NCBI GenBank assembly: GCA_964529175.1
Contig: CAZGVO010000002.1
Location: 268,665 to 332,664, forward strand
Source of the DNA: an uncultured Bifidobacterium sp.
Lineage (GTDB): Bacteria > Bacteroidota > Bacteroidia > UKL13-3
Length of the DNA stretch: 64,000 bases
Direction: 5' to 3'
Shown: in pieces, positions 44,001 through 54,400 of the stretch
Numbering within the stretch: the stretch's first letter is position 1
How the letters are laid out: every line of letters starts with the position of its first letter
Program-made: the position numbers and the translations under genes
The notes under the pieces: generated by a model
Seen by the model: only the letters and a program-made list of their open reading frames with translations
Told to the model about the DNA's origin: nothing
Database searches by the model: none

Positions 44001-44912
44001 ATGCAACACGATAAACATACTTATTATTTCGAGAAGTATTTGCGCAAAGAAATGTCGCGCAATGAAAGGGATGCGTTTGAAAAAAAACTAAGTACCGATG
44101 AAGCCTTTAAGGCCGATTTTGATAAATATGCTTTAAACCACGATTCGATTTTAAAAGAAGAGTTGGAAGAGTATTATAATGAGGAAATTATACCCGACAA
44201 ACCAAAAAATTATTCGTGGTTTTTAGTTTTAATTTCGTTTTTGGGTTTGGTATTAATCATAGATTTTTATGCCAATCAAAAATATGCTGATGAACAAAAA
44301 CAAAATCAAACCTACAAAGAAGAAATTGTAACACGATTTAAAAATGCTTTTGTGGAGCCTTTTAAACAAATAAGTTTTAAGAAAAGCGCTAAACAGCTTG
44401 ATACCATTTACAAACAACTTACTTTTAGTTCGGAGGAAGAAGAAAACGATACTACCATTGTTCAAACTCCTATAGATTCAAGTTTAATTGAAGAAAAAAT
44501 TATTGACCAGTTTCAGCAATTAATGCGCGAAAAAAACTTGGAAAGCAATGTAAAAGATGTGTTTTTGGATGATAGTTTAATGACTGTAGTTGATTTAGAA
44601 AAATTTAAAGAGAAGTTTAAAATAATTACCAATTCAACTGATAGTGCTTTTTCTGACAGCCTTGTTACCAGACTTACCTTACAAGCTTTAATAAAACAAA
44701 ATAATAGCAATAAGCCTTTATTTGTAGAGTTTTGGCAATCGTTAGTTGGTTTTAACGGTTATCAATTTACTGGCAAAAAATTAGTGCTTTACGGCATTCG
44801 AAAACCGTTTGATATATTTATTTTAAAACAAAATAATTTGTTTGTGCTACATTCAAAATGGGGCGAAACTGCTTTACAAGCCGATAATCAATTACACAAA
44901 TTTGAAGACTAA
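44001..44912 (+). CDS. hypothetical single-pass membrane protein (anti-sigma-like N-terminus)
   Basis: 303 aa. One transmembrane helix (SWFLVLISFLGLVLII). Acidic, K-rich periplasmic part. Confidence 0.45.
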   Translation: MQHDKHTYYFEKYLRKEMSRNERDAFEKKLSTDEAFKADFDKYALNHDSILKEELEEYYNEEIIPDKPKNYSWFLVLISFLGLVLIIDFYANQKYADEQKQNQTYKEEIVTRFKNAFVEPFKQISFKKSAKQLDTIYKQLTFSSEEEENDTTIVQTPIDSSLIEEKIIDQFQQLMREKNLESNVKDVFLDDSLMTVVDLEKFKEKFKIITNSTDSAFSDSLVTRLTLQALIKQNNSNKPLFVEFWQSLVGFNGYQFTGKKLVLYGIRKPFDIFILKQNNLFVLHSKWGETALQADNQLHKFED

Positions 44913-45690
44913 ATTTTATAAATACCAAGGATCGGGAAACGATTTTATAATGATTGACGACCGAGCCAAAACCTTTGATGCCAATAATCAACAATTGATC
45001 GAAAACTTATGTGATAGAAGATTTGGAATTGGTGCTGATGGTTTAATTTTATTACAAAACCATGCTTCGGCCGATTTTTACATGCAATACTTTAATAGCG
45101 ATGGTCGCGAAAGTTCAATGTGTGGTAATGGCGGTAGGTGCATTGCTCAGTTTGCTAAAGATTTAGGCGTGGTAAATGATTATGCAACTTTTTATGCTAT
45201 TGATGGCATTCATAGTGCTTCTTACAAAAATAATTGGGTTAACCTTCAAATGAAAGATTTAACCCAAATGGAAGTGCGCGATAATCACATTTTTGTATTA
45301 AACACTGGTTCACCACATTATGTGCAATTTTTTGATTATGATGCAGATACCATTGATTTGTTTAATGAAGCAAAAAAAATAAGGTACAATAACGAGTTTG
45401 CCAAAGATGGAATCAATGTAAACTTTGTATCCATTCATAATAATGTATTAAAAGTTAGAACTTACGAAAGGGGAGTAGAAGACGAAACTTTTAGTTGTGG
45501 AACTGGTGTTACAGCTGCTGCAATTGCTTATTCAGTTTTTTCAAAAAATACCCAATCGGAAATGGAAGTTAATATTCAAACCAAAGGTGGAAACCTTTCG
45601 GTAAGTTATTTGTTCCAAAATAATGCATACCAACAAGTGTTTTTAAAAGGCCCAGCCACGTTTGTGTTTGAGGGAGAAATAGAAATTTAA
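44905..45690 (+). CDS. dapF: diaminopimelate epimerase
   Basis: A TTG start at 44905 gives MKTKFYKYQGSGNDFIMIDDR, the canonical DapF N-terminus. Active-site SMCGNGGRC and SCGTG are present. The ATG at 44842 would overlap the upstream gene by 70 nt. Confidence 0.85.
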   Translation, partial: KTKFYKYQGSGNDFIMIDDRAKTFDANNQQLIENLCDRRFGIGADGLILLQNHASADFYMQYFNSDGRESSMCGNGGRCIAQFAKDLGVVNDYATFYAIDGIHSASYKNNWVNLQMKDLTQMEVRDNHIFVLNTGSPHYVQFFDYDADTIDLFNEAKKIRYNNEFAKDGINVNFVSIHNNVLKVRTYERGVEDETFSCGTGVTAAAIAYSVFSKNTQSEMEVNIQTKGGNLSVSYLFQNNAYQQVFLKGPATFVFEGEIEI

Positions 45691-45695
45691 TAATA

Positions 45696-47615
45696 ATGAC
45701 ATACCAACGCAGAAAAACAAGCACCGTAAAAATTGGTGATTTATACATTGGAAGCGATTTTCCAATTATTCCTCAAAGTATGACCACTACCGATACCATG
45801 GATACTCAAAAATCGGTAGCGCAAATTATTAGGATGGTTGATGCTGGTTGTCAGTTGGTTAGATTAACTGCTCCAAGTTTAAAAGAAGCTCAAAATTTAG
45901 CTGAAATAAAAAAAGCACTGAATGTCAAAGGAGTTAAAGTTCCATTGGTAGCCGACATACATTTTACTCCAAATGCAGCTGAATTAGCTGCTCGAATAGT
46001 TGAAAAAGTGCGTGTTAATCCTGGTAATTATGCCGATAAAAAGAAATTTGATATCATTGATTATACCGATGCAGAATACCAAGAGGAAATAGACAGAATT
46101 AGGGAAAAGTTTGTTCCTTTAATTAAAATTTGTAAAGAGTACGGAACGGCATTGCGTATTGGCACCAATCATGGTTCGTTAAGCGATAGAATTATGAGCC
46201 GTTATGGCGATACTGCTCACGGAATGGTAGAAAGTGCAATGGAGTTTTTACGAATAGCCGAGGATGAAAATTTTCACAATATTGTGCTTTCCATGAAATC
46301 TAGTAACCCACAAGTAATGGTGCAAGCTTATAGGTTATTGGTAAAAACCATGGATAATAATAACATGCATTATCCATTGCATTTAGGTGTAACCGAGGCT
46401 GGTGATGGTGATGATGGAAGAATAAAATCGGCTTTAGGAATTGGTGCATTGTTGGAAGATGGTATAGGTGATACAATTCGTGTTTCGTTAACCGAAGACC
46501 CGGAATTTGAGGTGCCTGTGGCTAAAAAATTAATCGCACGTTACACACAAATTGAACAAACCAATTATCCGCAGTTAAATTTAAACACAGCTGAAAATAA
46601 TAACTGGAGTGCTTTTGATTATAAACGCAGAGAAACCAACGAGGTTTATAATTTAGGAGCCCATCAAGTGCCTCGAGTTATTGCTAATTTTAGCAATTAT
46701 GAAAATTTAGCAGCCGAAGATTTAAAACCAATCGGACATATTTACGATGCCCAACTTGATAAATGGCACATGAATGATATTGGCGCTGATTTTATTTATT
46801 TAGGAGATAATAAAGCCAACTTTATGCTGCCAATGGGTTTAAAAGCCATTTATAACGCTCAAACTTGGAATTTGGTAATTGATAAAACCAATGCATTTCC
46901 ATTATTTACCTCGGCTGATTTATTGCAAAGCAACCATTTAAAAGCAAATTCAAGCACGCTTAATTTTGTGCACTTGTTGGTAGATGAGTTAACTGAAGAA
47001 TTGCTCCAAACGGCTAACCAAATGAAAAATGTGGTTTTTATTTTGGAATCAAATTTAGCCAATCCAATGACCGATTTGCGTGCAACTTTCTTTAAATTAA
47101 ACAATTGGAATATTAAAAATCCAGTTTTAGTCGTCCATAATTACTCCAATGAAACCGATGAAGAGCAATTTATGCTGCATTGTTCAACTGATTTTGGTGC
47201 ATTGTTAATCGATGGTTTTGCGGATGGATTGATGTTTAAAGCCAATTCAATTAAAACAGAACGCATGAACCAAATAGCATTTGGTATTTTGCAAGCTGCT
47301 AGAACACGTATTTCTAAAACAGAGTATATCAGTTGCCCTAGCTGCGGTCGTACTTTGTTCGATTTGCAAGAAACTACTGCTATGATTAGGAATCGAACTG
47401 ACCATTTAAAAGGAGTAAAAATTGCTATTATGGGCTGTATTGTTAATGGTCCCGGAGAAATGGCCGATGCAGATTACGGTTATGTAGGTAGTGGAGTTGA
47501 TAAAATAACCTTATACAAAGGCAAAGAAGTTGTAAAACGCAATATTGCTAGCGATAATGCTGTTAATGAGTTGATTGAATTAATAAAAGAAAATGGAGAT
47601 TGGGTAGAGTTGTAA
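45696..47615 (+). CDS. ispG: 4-hydroxy-3-methylbut-2-enyl diphosphate synthase, long (insert-containing) form
   Basis: 639 aa. N-terminal TIM-barrel and C-terminal 4Fe-4S region (CPSCGRT...GCIVNGPGE), with a large insert domain as in Bacteroidetes and plant GcpE. Confidence 0.95.
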   Translation: MTYQRRKTSTVKIGDLYIGSDFPIIPQSMTTTDTMDTQKSVAQIIRMVDAGCQLVRLTAPSLKEAQNLAEIKKALNVKGVKVPLVADIHFTPNAAELAARIVEKVRVNPGNYADKKKFDIIDYTDAEYQEEIDRIREKFVPLIKICKEYGTALRIGTNHGSLSDRIMSRYGDTAHGMVESAMEFLRIAEDENFHNIVLSMKSSNPQVMVQAYRLLVKTMDNNNMHYPLHLGVTEAGDGDDGRIKSALGIGALLEDGIGDTIRVSLTEDPEFEVPVAKKLIARYTQIEQTNYPQLNLNTAENNNWSAFDYKRRETNEVYNLGAHQVPRVIANFSNYENLAAEDLKPIGHIYDAQLDKWHMNDIGADFIYLGDNKANFMLPMGLKAIYNAQTWNLVIDKTNAFPLFTSADLLQSNHLKANSSTLNFVHLLVDELTEELLQTANQMKNVVFILESNLANPMTDLRATFFKLNNWNIKNPVLVVHNYSNETDEEQFMLHCSTDFGALLIDGFADGLMFKANSIKTERMNQIAFGILQAARTRISKTEYISCPSCGRTLFDLQETTAMIRNRTDHLKGVKIAIMGCIVNGPGEMADADYGYVGSGVDKITLYKGKEVVKRNIASDNAVNELIELIKENGDWVEL

Positions 47616-47759
47616 TGTTATTTTTTGAAATGACATTTAAATGACAAAAATAATCCAACCCTCAGTGTATTTTTATTGTCAACTGTTTTGTATCTTACAA
47701 AATATACTTAATTTGCCACCCTTTAAAAATTACAAATAAATAAACAAAAATTATAAATT

Positions 47760-49055
47760 ATGAAAAAGTTAATACTTTCTACATTAAGCATTGGACTTGC
47801 GTTAAGTTCATTTGCACAACAAAACCTAGGCTTAAAAAACAATGGCCTAATCGACAACTCACCTCGTAAAGTAAGAAGCACTGCTACTTTAGGTAAAGCT
47901 GACAGATCAGAATGGTACAATCCATTAGATATTTTAGCTAACGGTAACTTCAAAACTTACGTTGGTTTTATGATGAACGATTCATTAGCTAAATTTATCG
48001 ATGATCAAGGTGTTGCTAGCCAAGGAAGAACTTTCCAAGCTATTGCACAAATTATCGATCCTAAAGATGATGCTATTGATTTAGGAGCTGATCCAACAAT
48101 TAAAATGAGTAAATTTACTAACTACACAGTAGATTCAATTGCTTTCAGATATTCTTATATCAGAAGAGTAGATAATACTGTTGATGGTTTAGGTAATCCT
48201 GTTCCAGTTGTTGATACTTTATTTGTTTACTACTTTACAGGTACTCAAATAGCTAGAAATCAAACAATTCAAGGTTTAACGTCTAAATTTGGATACGTAG
48301 GTTATGATTTTGCAACTAGACGCCCTAAAAACTACACTACTATCGATACTGTTCTGTTAACTGCTGATTATTCAACTGGAAAACCAAGTGCTACAGGTTG
48401 GTTATCAGCGGAAATTGGATTAGCTGCTCCTGCTGGATTATCAGTTAATGCAACTGGTGGAACTAATGCAAATAATTTAATTGCTTATGCTTTAGTATTC
48501 AAAAACGGTACTACTTACGATGATACTTATGTATTTGAAGACAGAAGAGATTCATCAGTTGTTCCTACTGATACTAAATGGGTAAATTACTTCTCGTACC
48601 GTTATGGTGCTAACGAAGGAACTGCTTTAACTAGCACATTCTTTAACAGTTCATTATTTGTTCCTCAACGTTTTTCTTACGCTGTAACTAACGGTTGGAC
48701 AGGTTGGTACCCTGGTCAAGGTTTTACTAACGACTTATATTTAGATGCAAGCGTTAAATTATCTTCAACTAATATCAGTGTTAAAGAAGTTCCTAATTCG
48801 TTTACTTTAGGAAATGCTTATCCTAACCCTGCTAGCAACGATGTTACTATTGCTTTTGATTTAAAATCAAGAAAAGATGTAAAAATTAGCTTGGTTAATT
48901 TATTAGGTCAAGAAGTTGTTAGCATTGCTAACGATAACTTCTCAGCAGGAAATAACGAAGTTAAATTTAATGTAAGTAATTTATCAGCCGGTGTATATTT
49001 CTACACAATGACAGTTGATGGTGTTAGCCAATCACAAAAAATTATGATTAAATAA
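47760..49055 (+). CDS. secreted protein with T9SS C-terminal sorting domain
   Basis: 431 aa with a signal peptide. C-terminus (YPNPASNDVTIAFDL...GVYFYTMTVDGVSQSQKIMIK) is a type-A T9SS sorting domain. Confidence 0.7.
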   Translation: MKKLILSTLSIGLALSSFAQQNLGLKNNGLIDNSPRKVRSTATLGKADRSEWYNPLDILANGNFKTYVGFMMNDSLAKFIDDQGVASQGRTFQAIAQIIDPKDDAIDLGADPTIKMSKFTNYTVDSIAFRYSYIRRVDNTVDGLGNPVPVVDTLFVYYFTGTQIARNQTIQGLTSKFGYVGYDFATRRPKNYTTIDTVLLTADYSTGKPSATGWLSAEIGLAAPAGLSVNATGGTNANNLIAYALVFKNGTTYDDTYVFEDRRDSSVVPTDTKWVNYFSYRYGANEGTALTSTFFNSSLFVPQRFSYAVTNGWTGWYPGQGFTNDLYLDASVKLSSTNISVKEVPNSFTLGNAYPNPASNDVTIAFDLKSRKDVKISLVNLLGQEVVSIANDNFSAGNNEVKFNVSNLSAGVYFYTMTVDGVSQSQKIMIK

Positions 49056-49080
49056 TTTATTTATTTAATTAAAACATAAT

Positions 49081-49117
49081 AAAAGCCTCATCAGTTTACT
49101 GTTGAGGCTTTTTTGTT
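49081..49117 (+). terminator. rho-independent terminator
   Basis: aaagcctca / tgaggcttt stem followed by TTTTT. Confidence 0.7.
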
Positions 49118-49216
49118 GCTGTAAGTTATTATTAATATATTCAAAAATCATGTTTATATATATTTTGATAATGATTTGGCAAGTATTATTTTGCAACCAG
49201 AAATAAAAATCGACAA

Positions 49217-49933
49217 ATGGGAAGAGTATTTGAAAAACGTAAACATAAAATGTTTGCTCGTTATGCCAAAATGAGTAGAACTTTTACCAAAATAGGTAAG
49301 GAAATAGCCATTGCAATTAAAGCTGGAAATGGAAATGGAGATCCTGATAGTAATTCTCGTTTAAGAGCAGTAGTTGCTAATGCAAAAGCTATTAATATGC
49401 CAAAAGCAAATATTGACGCAGCTATATCGCGCGCTACCAGCAAACAAGATAAAGATTTTGAAGAGGTAGTATATGAAGGAAAAGGCCCTCATAATATTCC
49501 TATGATTATAGAAACAGCAACTGATAATCCAACAAGAACAGTCGCTAATCTGAGAAGCTATTTTAATAAAAAAGGTGGGCAATTAATGGTTAGTGGTTCT
49601 TTAGATTTTCTTTTTGAACGAAAAGGAATTTTTAGAATAAAAAACGAAGGAATAAATTTAGAAGATTTTGAACTTGAAATGATTGATGCGGGTTTAGAAG
49701 AAATTGAAGATGATGGAGAAGGCCATTTAATACTTTCAGTTGGTTTTACTGATTTTGGTAAAATGCAACATGAATTGGAAGAACGCAAAATTGAAATAGT
49801 AAATGCTGAATTACAGCGTATTCCAACACAACCAATGGAGTTAACTGAAGAGCAAGAAGCAGAGTTCAATGTTTTGCTCGATATAATTGAAGAAGATGAT
49901 GATGTGGTAAAAGTGTATACCACGTTAATGTAG
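49217..49933 (+). CDS. yebC: YebC/PmpR family DNA-binding transcriptional regulator
   Basis: 238 aa. Conserved YebC N-terminus (GRVFEKRKHKMFARYAKMSRTFTKIGKEIAIA). Confidence 0.9.
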   Translation: MGRVFEKRKHKMFARYAKMSRTFTKIGKEIAIAIKAGNGNGDPDSNSRLRAVVANAKAINMPKANIDAAISRATSKQDKDFEEVVYEGKGPHNIPMIIETATDNPTRTVANLRSYFNKKGGQLMVSGSLDFLFERKGIFRIKNEGINLEDFELEMIDAGLEEIEDDGEGHLILSVGFTDFGKMQHELEERKIEIVNAELQRIPTQPMELTEEQEAEFNVLLDIIEEDDDVVKVYTTLM

Positions 49934-49954
49934 AAAAAATTACTTAATTGCTTA

Positions 49955-49990
49955 AAAGCCACCAACTAATACTTGGTGGCTTTTTTGTTT
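49955..49990 (+). terminator. rho-independent terminator
   Basis: aaaagccaccaa / ttggtggctttt stem followed by a T-run. Confidence 0.7.
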
Positions 49991-50069
49991 TATCATTAAA
50001 TTAATTTTTATTTTTAAATAAGTTTAAATTTTAAATCATTATTTATTTTATTCGTAAAAATATTAAATA

Positions 50070-52208
50070 ATGAAAAATAACTTTTTTTCGCTGGTTTTAC
50101 TACTAGTAATCTCTTGTACTCCTGCTTACTTTCCAGAACATGGCAGAAAATTCACTTCTTACAATAATCCATATGGTAGTGTGAGCGAAGCTGATGTGGC
50201 CGAGGCGTTAAAATTGAAAAAAAAATACCCTGAAAATACAGAATATATAGCCGATTATATAGTGAATTCTTATACGTTTGATTATTATGCTGATAATTTA
50301 AAAAAAGGTAATCCAATTGGAGTTAAAGAAGAAACCTTTGAGAAGTATACATCCATTGCCGATTTTGTTAAGCTTTCAAAACTTGAATATTTTAATGATC
50401 AAATAAATTTCGATGGTTTTTTTGTAAAGTATGGATCAAGAAAAGATGAAAATTTTATAAAACGAGATTATGTAATAAGTAATTTTCAAAGTCGTGGTAT
50501 ATTTTTTTCGGATGCACGTCAGGCTCAAATTGCCTCAGAATTAAGCGTAGCTGGTACCAATTTGCGTTTAAATTTTTCACGTTATTATAAAGATGCTAAA
50601 TATTTAACTAGTGCTTATTTCTTAGAAGGTTTTCCTCAAAAAGAAAAGGTTATAACATTTGCAATTCCTAATTATTTAAAAGTTGAAATTATTGAAAAGA
50701 ATTTTGAGGGATTTAATATTGAAAAATCAGATAAAAAATATGTGATCAAGGATGATCAAATGAAAAGCAGAATTACAGAATCTAAAAGTAAAGAAAAGCT
50801 TACTTACGTTACCTATATTCTTAAGGATGCTAAAGGTATTAAAACAGAAAAACTGATGCCTGGTTATTCTCATAATTTACCACATATTGTAATTTTGGTA
50901 AAATCAATAGATTTAGATATGGCAAAGGCGTACAGTAAACCTATTCCAAAAGAGCTTAAAGAAGCTGCGGCTGAAGCAGATAAAGGTAAATCAAAAGTAA
51001 AAGCTAAAACTGTTGTAAAAAAGGCGGAGTTAAAGCCAGTTCCACTAATTGCAAATACAAATGATTTATATGCTCATTATTCTCAAATAGTAAGTAAACT
51101 TGAAAATGATTCAACTGTATTAATTGAAAAGGTAAAAAGCATTATTAAAGATAAAACAACTGATTTAGATAAAATTGAAGCAATTTTTTATTGGGTGCAA
51201 GATAATATTAGATATGTAGCCTATGAGGACGGAATAGCGGCTTTTAAACCTGATGCTTGTCAAAATGTTTTTAACAATCGTTATGGCGATTGTAAAGGAA
51301 TGGCTAACCTATTAAAGTCAATGATAGGTACTTTAGGTTACGATGCGAGATTAACATGGGTGGGTACAAAACACTTGAATTATGATTATAATGTTCCTAG
51401 CATTGTAGTTGATAATCACATGATTTGTACTGTAATTTTAAATGGTAAAAAATACTACTTAGATGGAACAGAAAGTTTTATTGGGATTGATGATTATGCT
51501 GATAGAATTCAAGGCAGACCAGTAATGGTTCAAAATGGTTTAGATTATACCATTGATACTATACCTGATTTGTCTTCGGATAGAAATTTAAGATTAAGAA
51601 AAGCTAACTTTACTTTAGCCAATAATACTTTTGAAGGCAAAATGTATGAAACCATAAAAGGTGAAAATAAAACAGATATTTTAAGAAGTTTTCATAACTC
51701 ACCATTAGATAAAAAAGATAAAGTATTGTTAGATGTGATTGATCCAAACGATATTGATATTGATGTAAAAAATGTTGTAGCTTCTGATTTAAATAATAGA
51801 AGAATTGACATTGACATGAACTATGATTTAAAAGTAAGTAATCATATGGTTACAAATGGAAATACTATTATGTTTAAGCCTGATTATAATAGAGAGTTTT
51901 CAGCTAGTAAAGCCGATAGTGCTCGTTTCTTCGACATTCAGTTTGATCACAAATTAAATTATGCTTACGATTTGAGTTTTGCTATTCCTACTGGTTATAA
52001 ACTGGTATCAACTCCTCAAAATTTGACTATTGATAATCCTGAATTTAGTTTAGTAATGAAATACGAAAACTTAGGAAATACCATCCGTTACACCAAATCA
52101 ATTATTTTGAAGAAAGGTAAAATTAGTAAAAATAATTTTAAAGAATGGAATCAAATGATTGATAAAATGAGAGATAATTACAATCAATACATAGTATTAA
52201 GCAAATAA
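50070..52208 (+). CDS. lipoprotein with transglutaminase-like cysteine-protease core (DUF3857/Transglut_core/DUF3858-type architecture), module copy 1 gene A
   Basis: 712 aa with lipobox LVISCT. Canonical TGase Cys motif RYGDCKGMANLL at about 51276-51306, with downstream His/Asp candidates. K/A/E-rich low-complexity linker. Paralog of 55196-57478. Confidence 0.75.
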   Translation: MKNNFFSLVLLLVISCTPAYFPEHGRKFTSYNNPYGSVSEADVAEALKLKKKYPENTEYIADYIVNSYTFDYYADNLKKGNPIGVKEETFEKYTSIADFVKLSKLEYFNDQINFDGFFVKYGSRKDENFIKRDYVISNFQSRGIFFSDARQAQIASELSVAGTNLRLNFSRYYKDAKYLTSAYFLEGFPQKEKVITFAIPNYLKVEIIEKNFEGFNIEKSDKKYVIKDDQMKSRITESKSKEKLTYVTYILKDAKGIKTEKLMPGYSHNLPHIVILVKSIDLDMAKAYSKPIPKELKEAAAEADKGKSKVKAKTVVKKAELKPVPLIANTNDLYAHYSQIVSKLENDSTVLIEKVKSIIKDKTTDLDKIEAIFYWVQDNIRYVAYEDGIAAFKPDACQNVFNNRYGDCKGMANLLKSMIGTLGYDARLTWVGTKHLNYDYNVPSIVVDNHMICTVILNGKKYYLDGTESFIGIDDYADRIQGRPVMVQNGLDYTIDTIPDLSSDRNLRLRKANFTLANNTFEGKMYETIKGENKTDILRSFHNSPLDKKDKVLLDVIDPNDIDIDVKNVVASDLNNRRIDIDMNYDLKVSNHMVTNGNTIMFKPDYNREFSASKADSARFFDIQFDHKLNYAYDLSFAIPTGYKLVSTPQNLTIDNPEFSLVMKYENLGNTIRYTKSIILKKGKISKNNFKEWNQMIDKMRDNYNQYIVLSK

Positions 52209-52219
52209 ATTTTTGAGAA

Positions 52220-54394
52220 ATGAAAAGAAGAATTTTATATAAAATAAATGTTATAATAGCATTGTTATTTCTTTTAAATAATAATGTTTGGAGCCAAAAA
52301 GAAAAAGATTTAAAAAAATTGCATGAGCTTCAAAAAGAAGATACAGAACCTGCTTTTAGCGCTTTATCAGAGCCAGAAAAGTATAAAAAAGAATCGATGG
52401 TAATGCTGGCCGAAAAACTAAAAGTGGTGCAGGCTAAAATAAAAACGATTAATAATGGATATGCTTATTTTGATCAATACTTTGTTTACTCAAGAACAAG
52501 AATAAAACTGAATGATTTAAATGCGATTGAAGCATACAGCGATTTTGAGTTTGAAGATGGTAATGAGTTTGAAGTGAAAATTGTAAAGCCTGACGGCAAA
52601 AAAATTGATGTTGATTTAAAAGATGCAGTAGATGCTGACAACCTGAAAACGAGCAATAAATTTTTCAATAAGTTTTTAGTTAATAAGAGAAAGAAAATTG
52701 CCATTAAAAACTTAGAAATTGGGGATATTATCGATTACAGTTCACTTTATCGCTCAAGTAGCTATTTGTACCGCAGTATATATTTTACCAATATTACAGG
52801 AATGCCCATTGTTTACTTAAAAAATGAATTTAAGGTAAATAAAAATAATACAGTAGTTGCCTTCAAAAATTTTAACGGAGCCAAAACCCTTATCCAAAAA
52901 GCAGATGGTAAATTAGTTAATTATTCTTTTGAATCTAATTTAATTGATAAAAGAAAAGAAGAGATTATGAGTGATGATTATCAAAGCGATCCTTATTATA
53001 AATTAGATATTTATTTTGATGTACTAAGGTATTATCCATTAAAAGAAAAACCTGCAAAAAATGCTATTAAAAGCTCTCTTACCGAAGAAGAAATAAAAAA
53101 ACACGTGTACAATGTATTTCGTTACAGTAAGTTGAATAGCAATAATTATTTGGAGTTTATTAAATCAGAAAATGTTTATGGTCTTTCTGATGAGGATTAC
53201 ATAAAAAAGTACTATTACTTTTGTCGTGAAAATTTATATCGATGCAGTATAGCATTTAACTTTGAGCAGAAAAAATACGGTGTTGAAATGTTAAATCAAT
53301 TCATTTCACATTTAGAAAAGCGAGATATTAAATATGAGTTATTGGCAATGGTTTCTAAAGAAGATGGAACGATTAAGGATTTAATTAATACAGAAGATTT
53401 TTCTTATGGAATAAGGTTTACAACTGATGGTAATGAGCATTTTCTTACTATGTTTAATGCAAATAGTCAACTTGATGATATAAGCGAAGAATTTGATAAT
53501 ACAGAGGCTTATGCATTCTCAAATTATAGAGATGGTGTTTCTAAGATGGAAATGAATGTAATCAATATGCCTAAAGCAAATCATAAGGATAATATCTATA
53601 CCATTAATATTGATGGCAATTTTAACACTAATGACAGTTTGGTATTAAATGTGTTAACCGAAGCGACTGGTTTTCAGCGTAGCGATTCAAGATTCAATTT
53701 AATTAATGCCAGAGAATACTTGAAACTTTACAATAAAGAGCTTGAAAGAAAGAAAGCAATTACGAAAAACAAAAAGCTTTATTATTTCACTAATTTGAAT
53801 TATTACGGTGCTAATCAAGCTTTACTTGATAAAGAAGAAGAAAGAATACTAAAAGATCATTATGATAAACTTGAAAAGTACAAAAGAGAAAACCTTGAGA
53901 ATGATGCACGCAATGAATATTATGTTCTTAGATATGAAAAATTTGAACCAATAAACGATGGAAGAAGTATTAAAAATACCACCACTAGCTGGAAAGAGAA
54001 ATTTATAATTGGAAATACTTTGATACCTGCTGGTAAATCGTTTGTTTTTGAGATAGGTAAAGTATTGGGTAGATTATCAATGATTTATGATAATGATGAT
54101 AGGGTAGAAAGAACAAAACCTTTTTTTATAGATTACAATAAAACTTTCACCATGAACGTAAAAATTAAAATACCTGATGGAAAAACTGTTAGTGGATTAG
54201 AAAGCTTAATTGTAAATGAAACTAACAAAGTTGGGTCAATTATTTCTACTGCAAAAATTGAAAATGGTTATATTGTTTGGAGTTTTACCAAAAAATTAAA
54301 TAGCTACAAATTTGAAGCAGTTGACTGGAGCAATTATATAAAAATTACCGACTTAGGTATGAATTTGAACACATCTAAAATCATTATTAATTAA
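52220..54394 (+). CDS. DUF3857-like secreted protein with degenerate transglutaminase-like core, module copy 1 gene B
   Basis: 724 aa with a signal peptide. YYYFCRENLYRC...FISHLEKRDIKYELLAMV loosely fits a TGase-core Cys region. Paralog of 57482-59647. Confidence 0.6.
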   Translation: MKRRILYKINVIIALLFLLNNNVWSQKEKDLKKLHELQKEDTEPAFSALSEPEKYKKESMVMLAEKLKVVQAKIKTINNGYAYFDQYFVYSRTRIKLNDLNAIEAYSDFEFEDGNEFEVKIVKPDGKKIDVDLKDAVDADNLKTSNKFFNKFLVNKRKKIAIKNLEIGDIIDYSSLYRSSSYLYRSIYFTNITGMPIVYLKNEFKVNKNNTVVAFKNFNGAKTLIQKADGKLVNYSFESNLIDKRKEEIMSDDYQSDPYYKLDIYFDVLRYYPLKEKPAKNAIKSSLTEEEIKKHVYNVFRYSKLNSNNYLEFIKSENVYGLSDEDYIKKYYYFCRENLYRCSIAFNFEQKKYGVEMLNQFISHLEKRDIKYELLAMVSKEDGTIKDLINTEDFSYGIRFTTDGNEHFLTMFNANSQLDDISEEFDNTEAYAFSNYRDGVSKMEMNVINMPKANHKDNIYTINIDGNFNTNDSLVLNVLTEATGFQRSDSRFNLINAREYLKLYNKELERKKAITKNKKLYYFTNLNYYGANQALLDKEEERILKDHYDKLEKYKRENLENDARNEYYVLRYEKFEPINDGRSIKNTTTSWKEKFIIGNTLIPAGKSFVFEIGKVLGRLSMIYDNDDRVERTKPFFIDYNKTFTMNVKIKIPDGKTVSGLESLIVNETNKVGSIISTAKIENGYIVWSFTKKLNSYKFEAVDWSNYIKITDLGMNLNTSKIIIN

Positions 54395-54400
54395 AGACCA

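Noticed and set aside
45696-47615. Unusually long IspG (639 aa) as a possible fusion
   Set aside because: The long form with a central insert domain is the normal IspG architecture in Bacteroidetes and plastids. Not a novelty.
49261-49965. Minus-strand ORFs overlapping yebC
   Set aside because: Antisense to a conserved gene. Ser-rich low-complexity translation.
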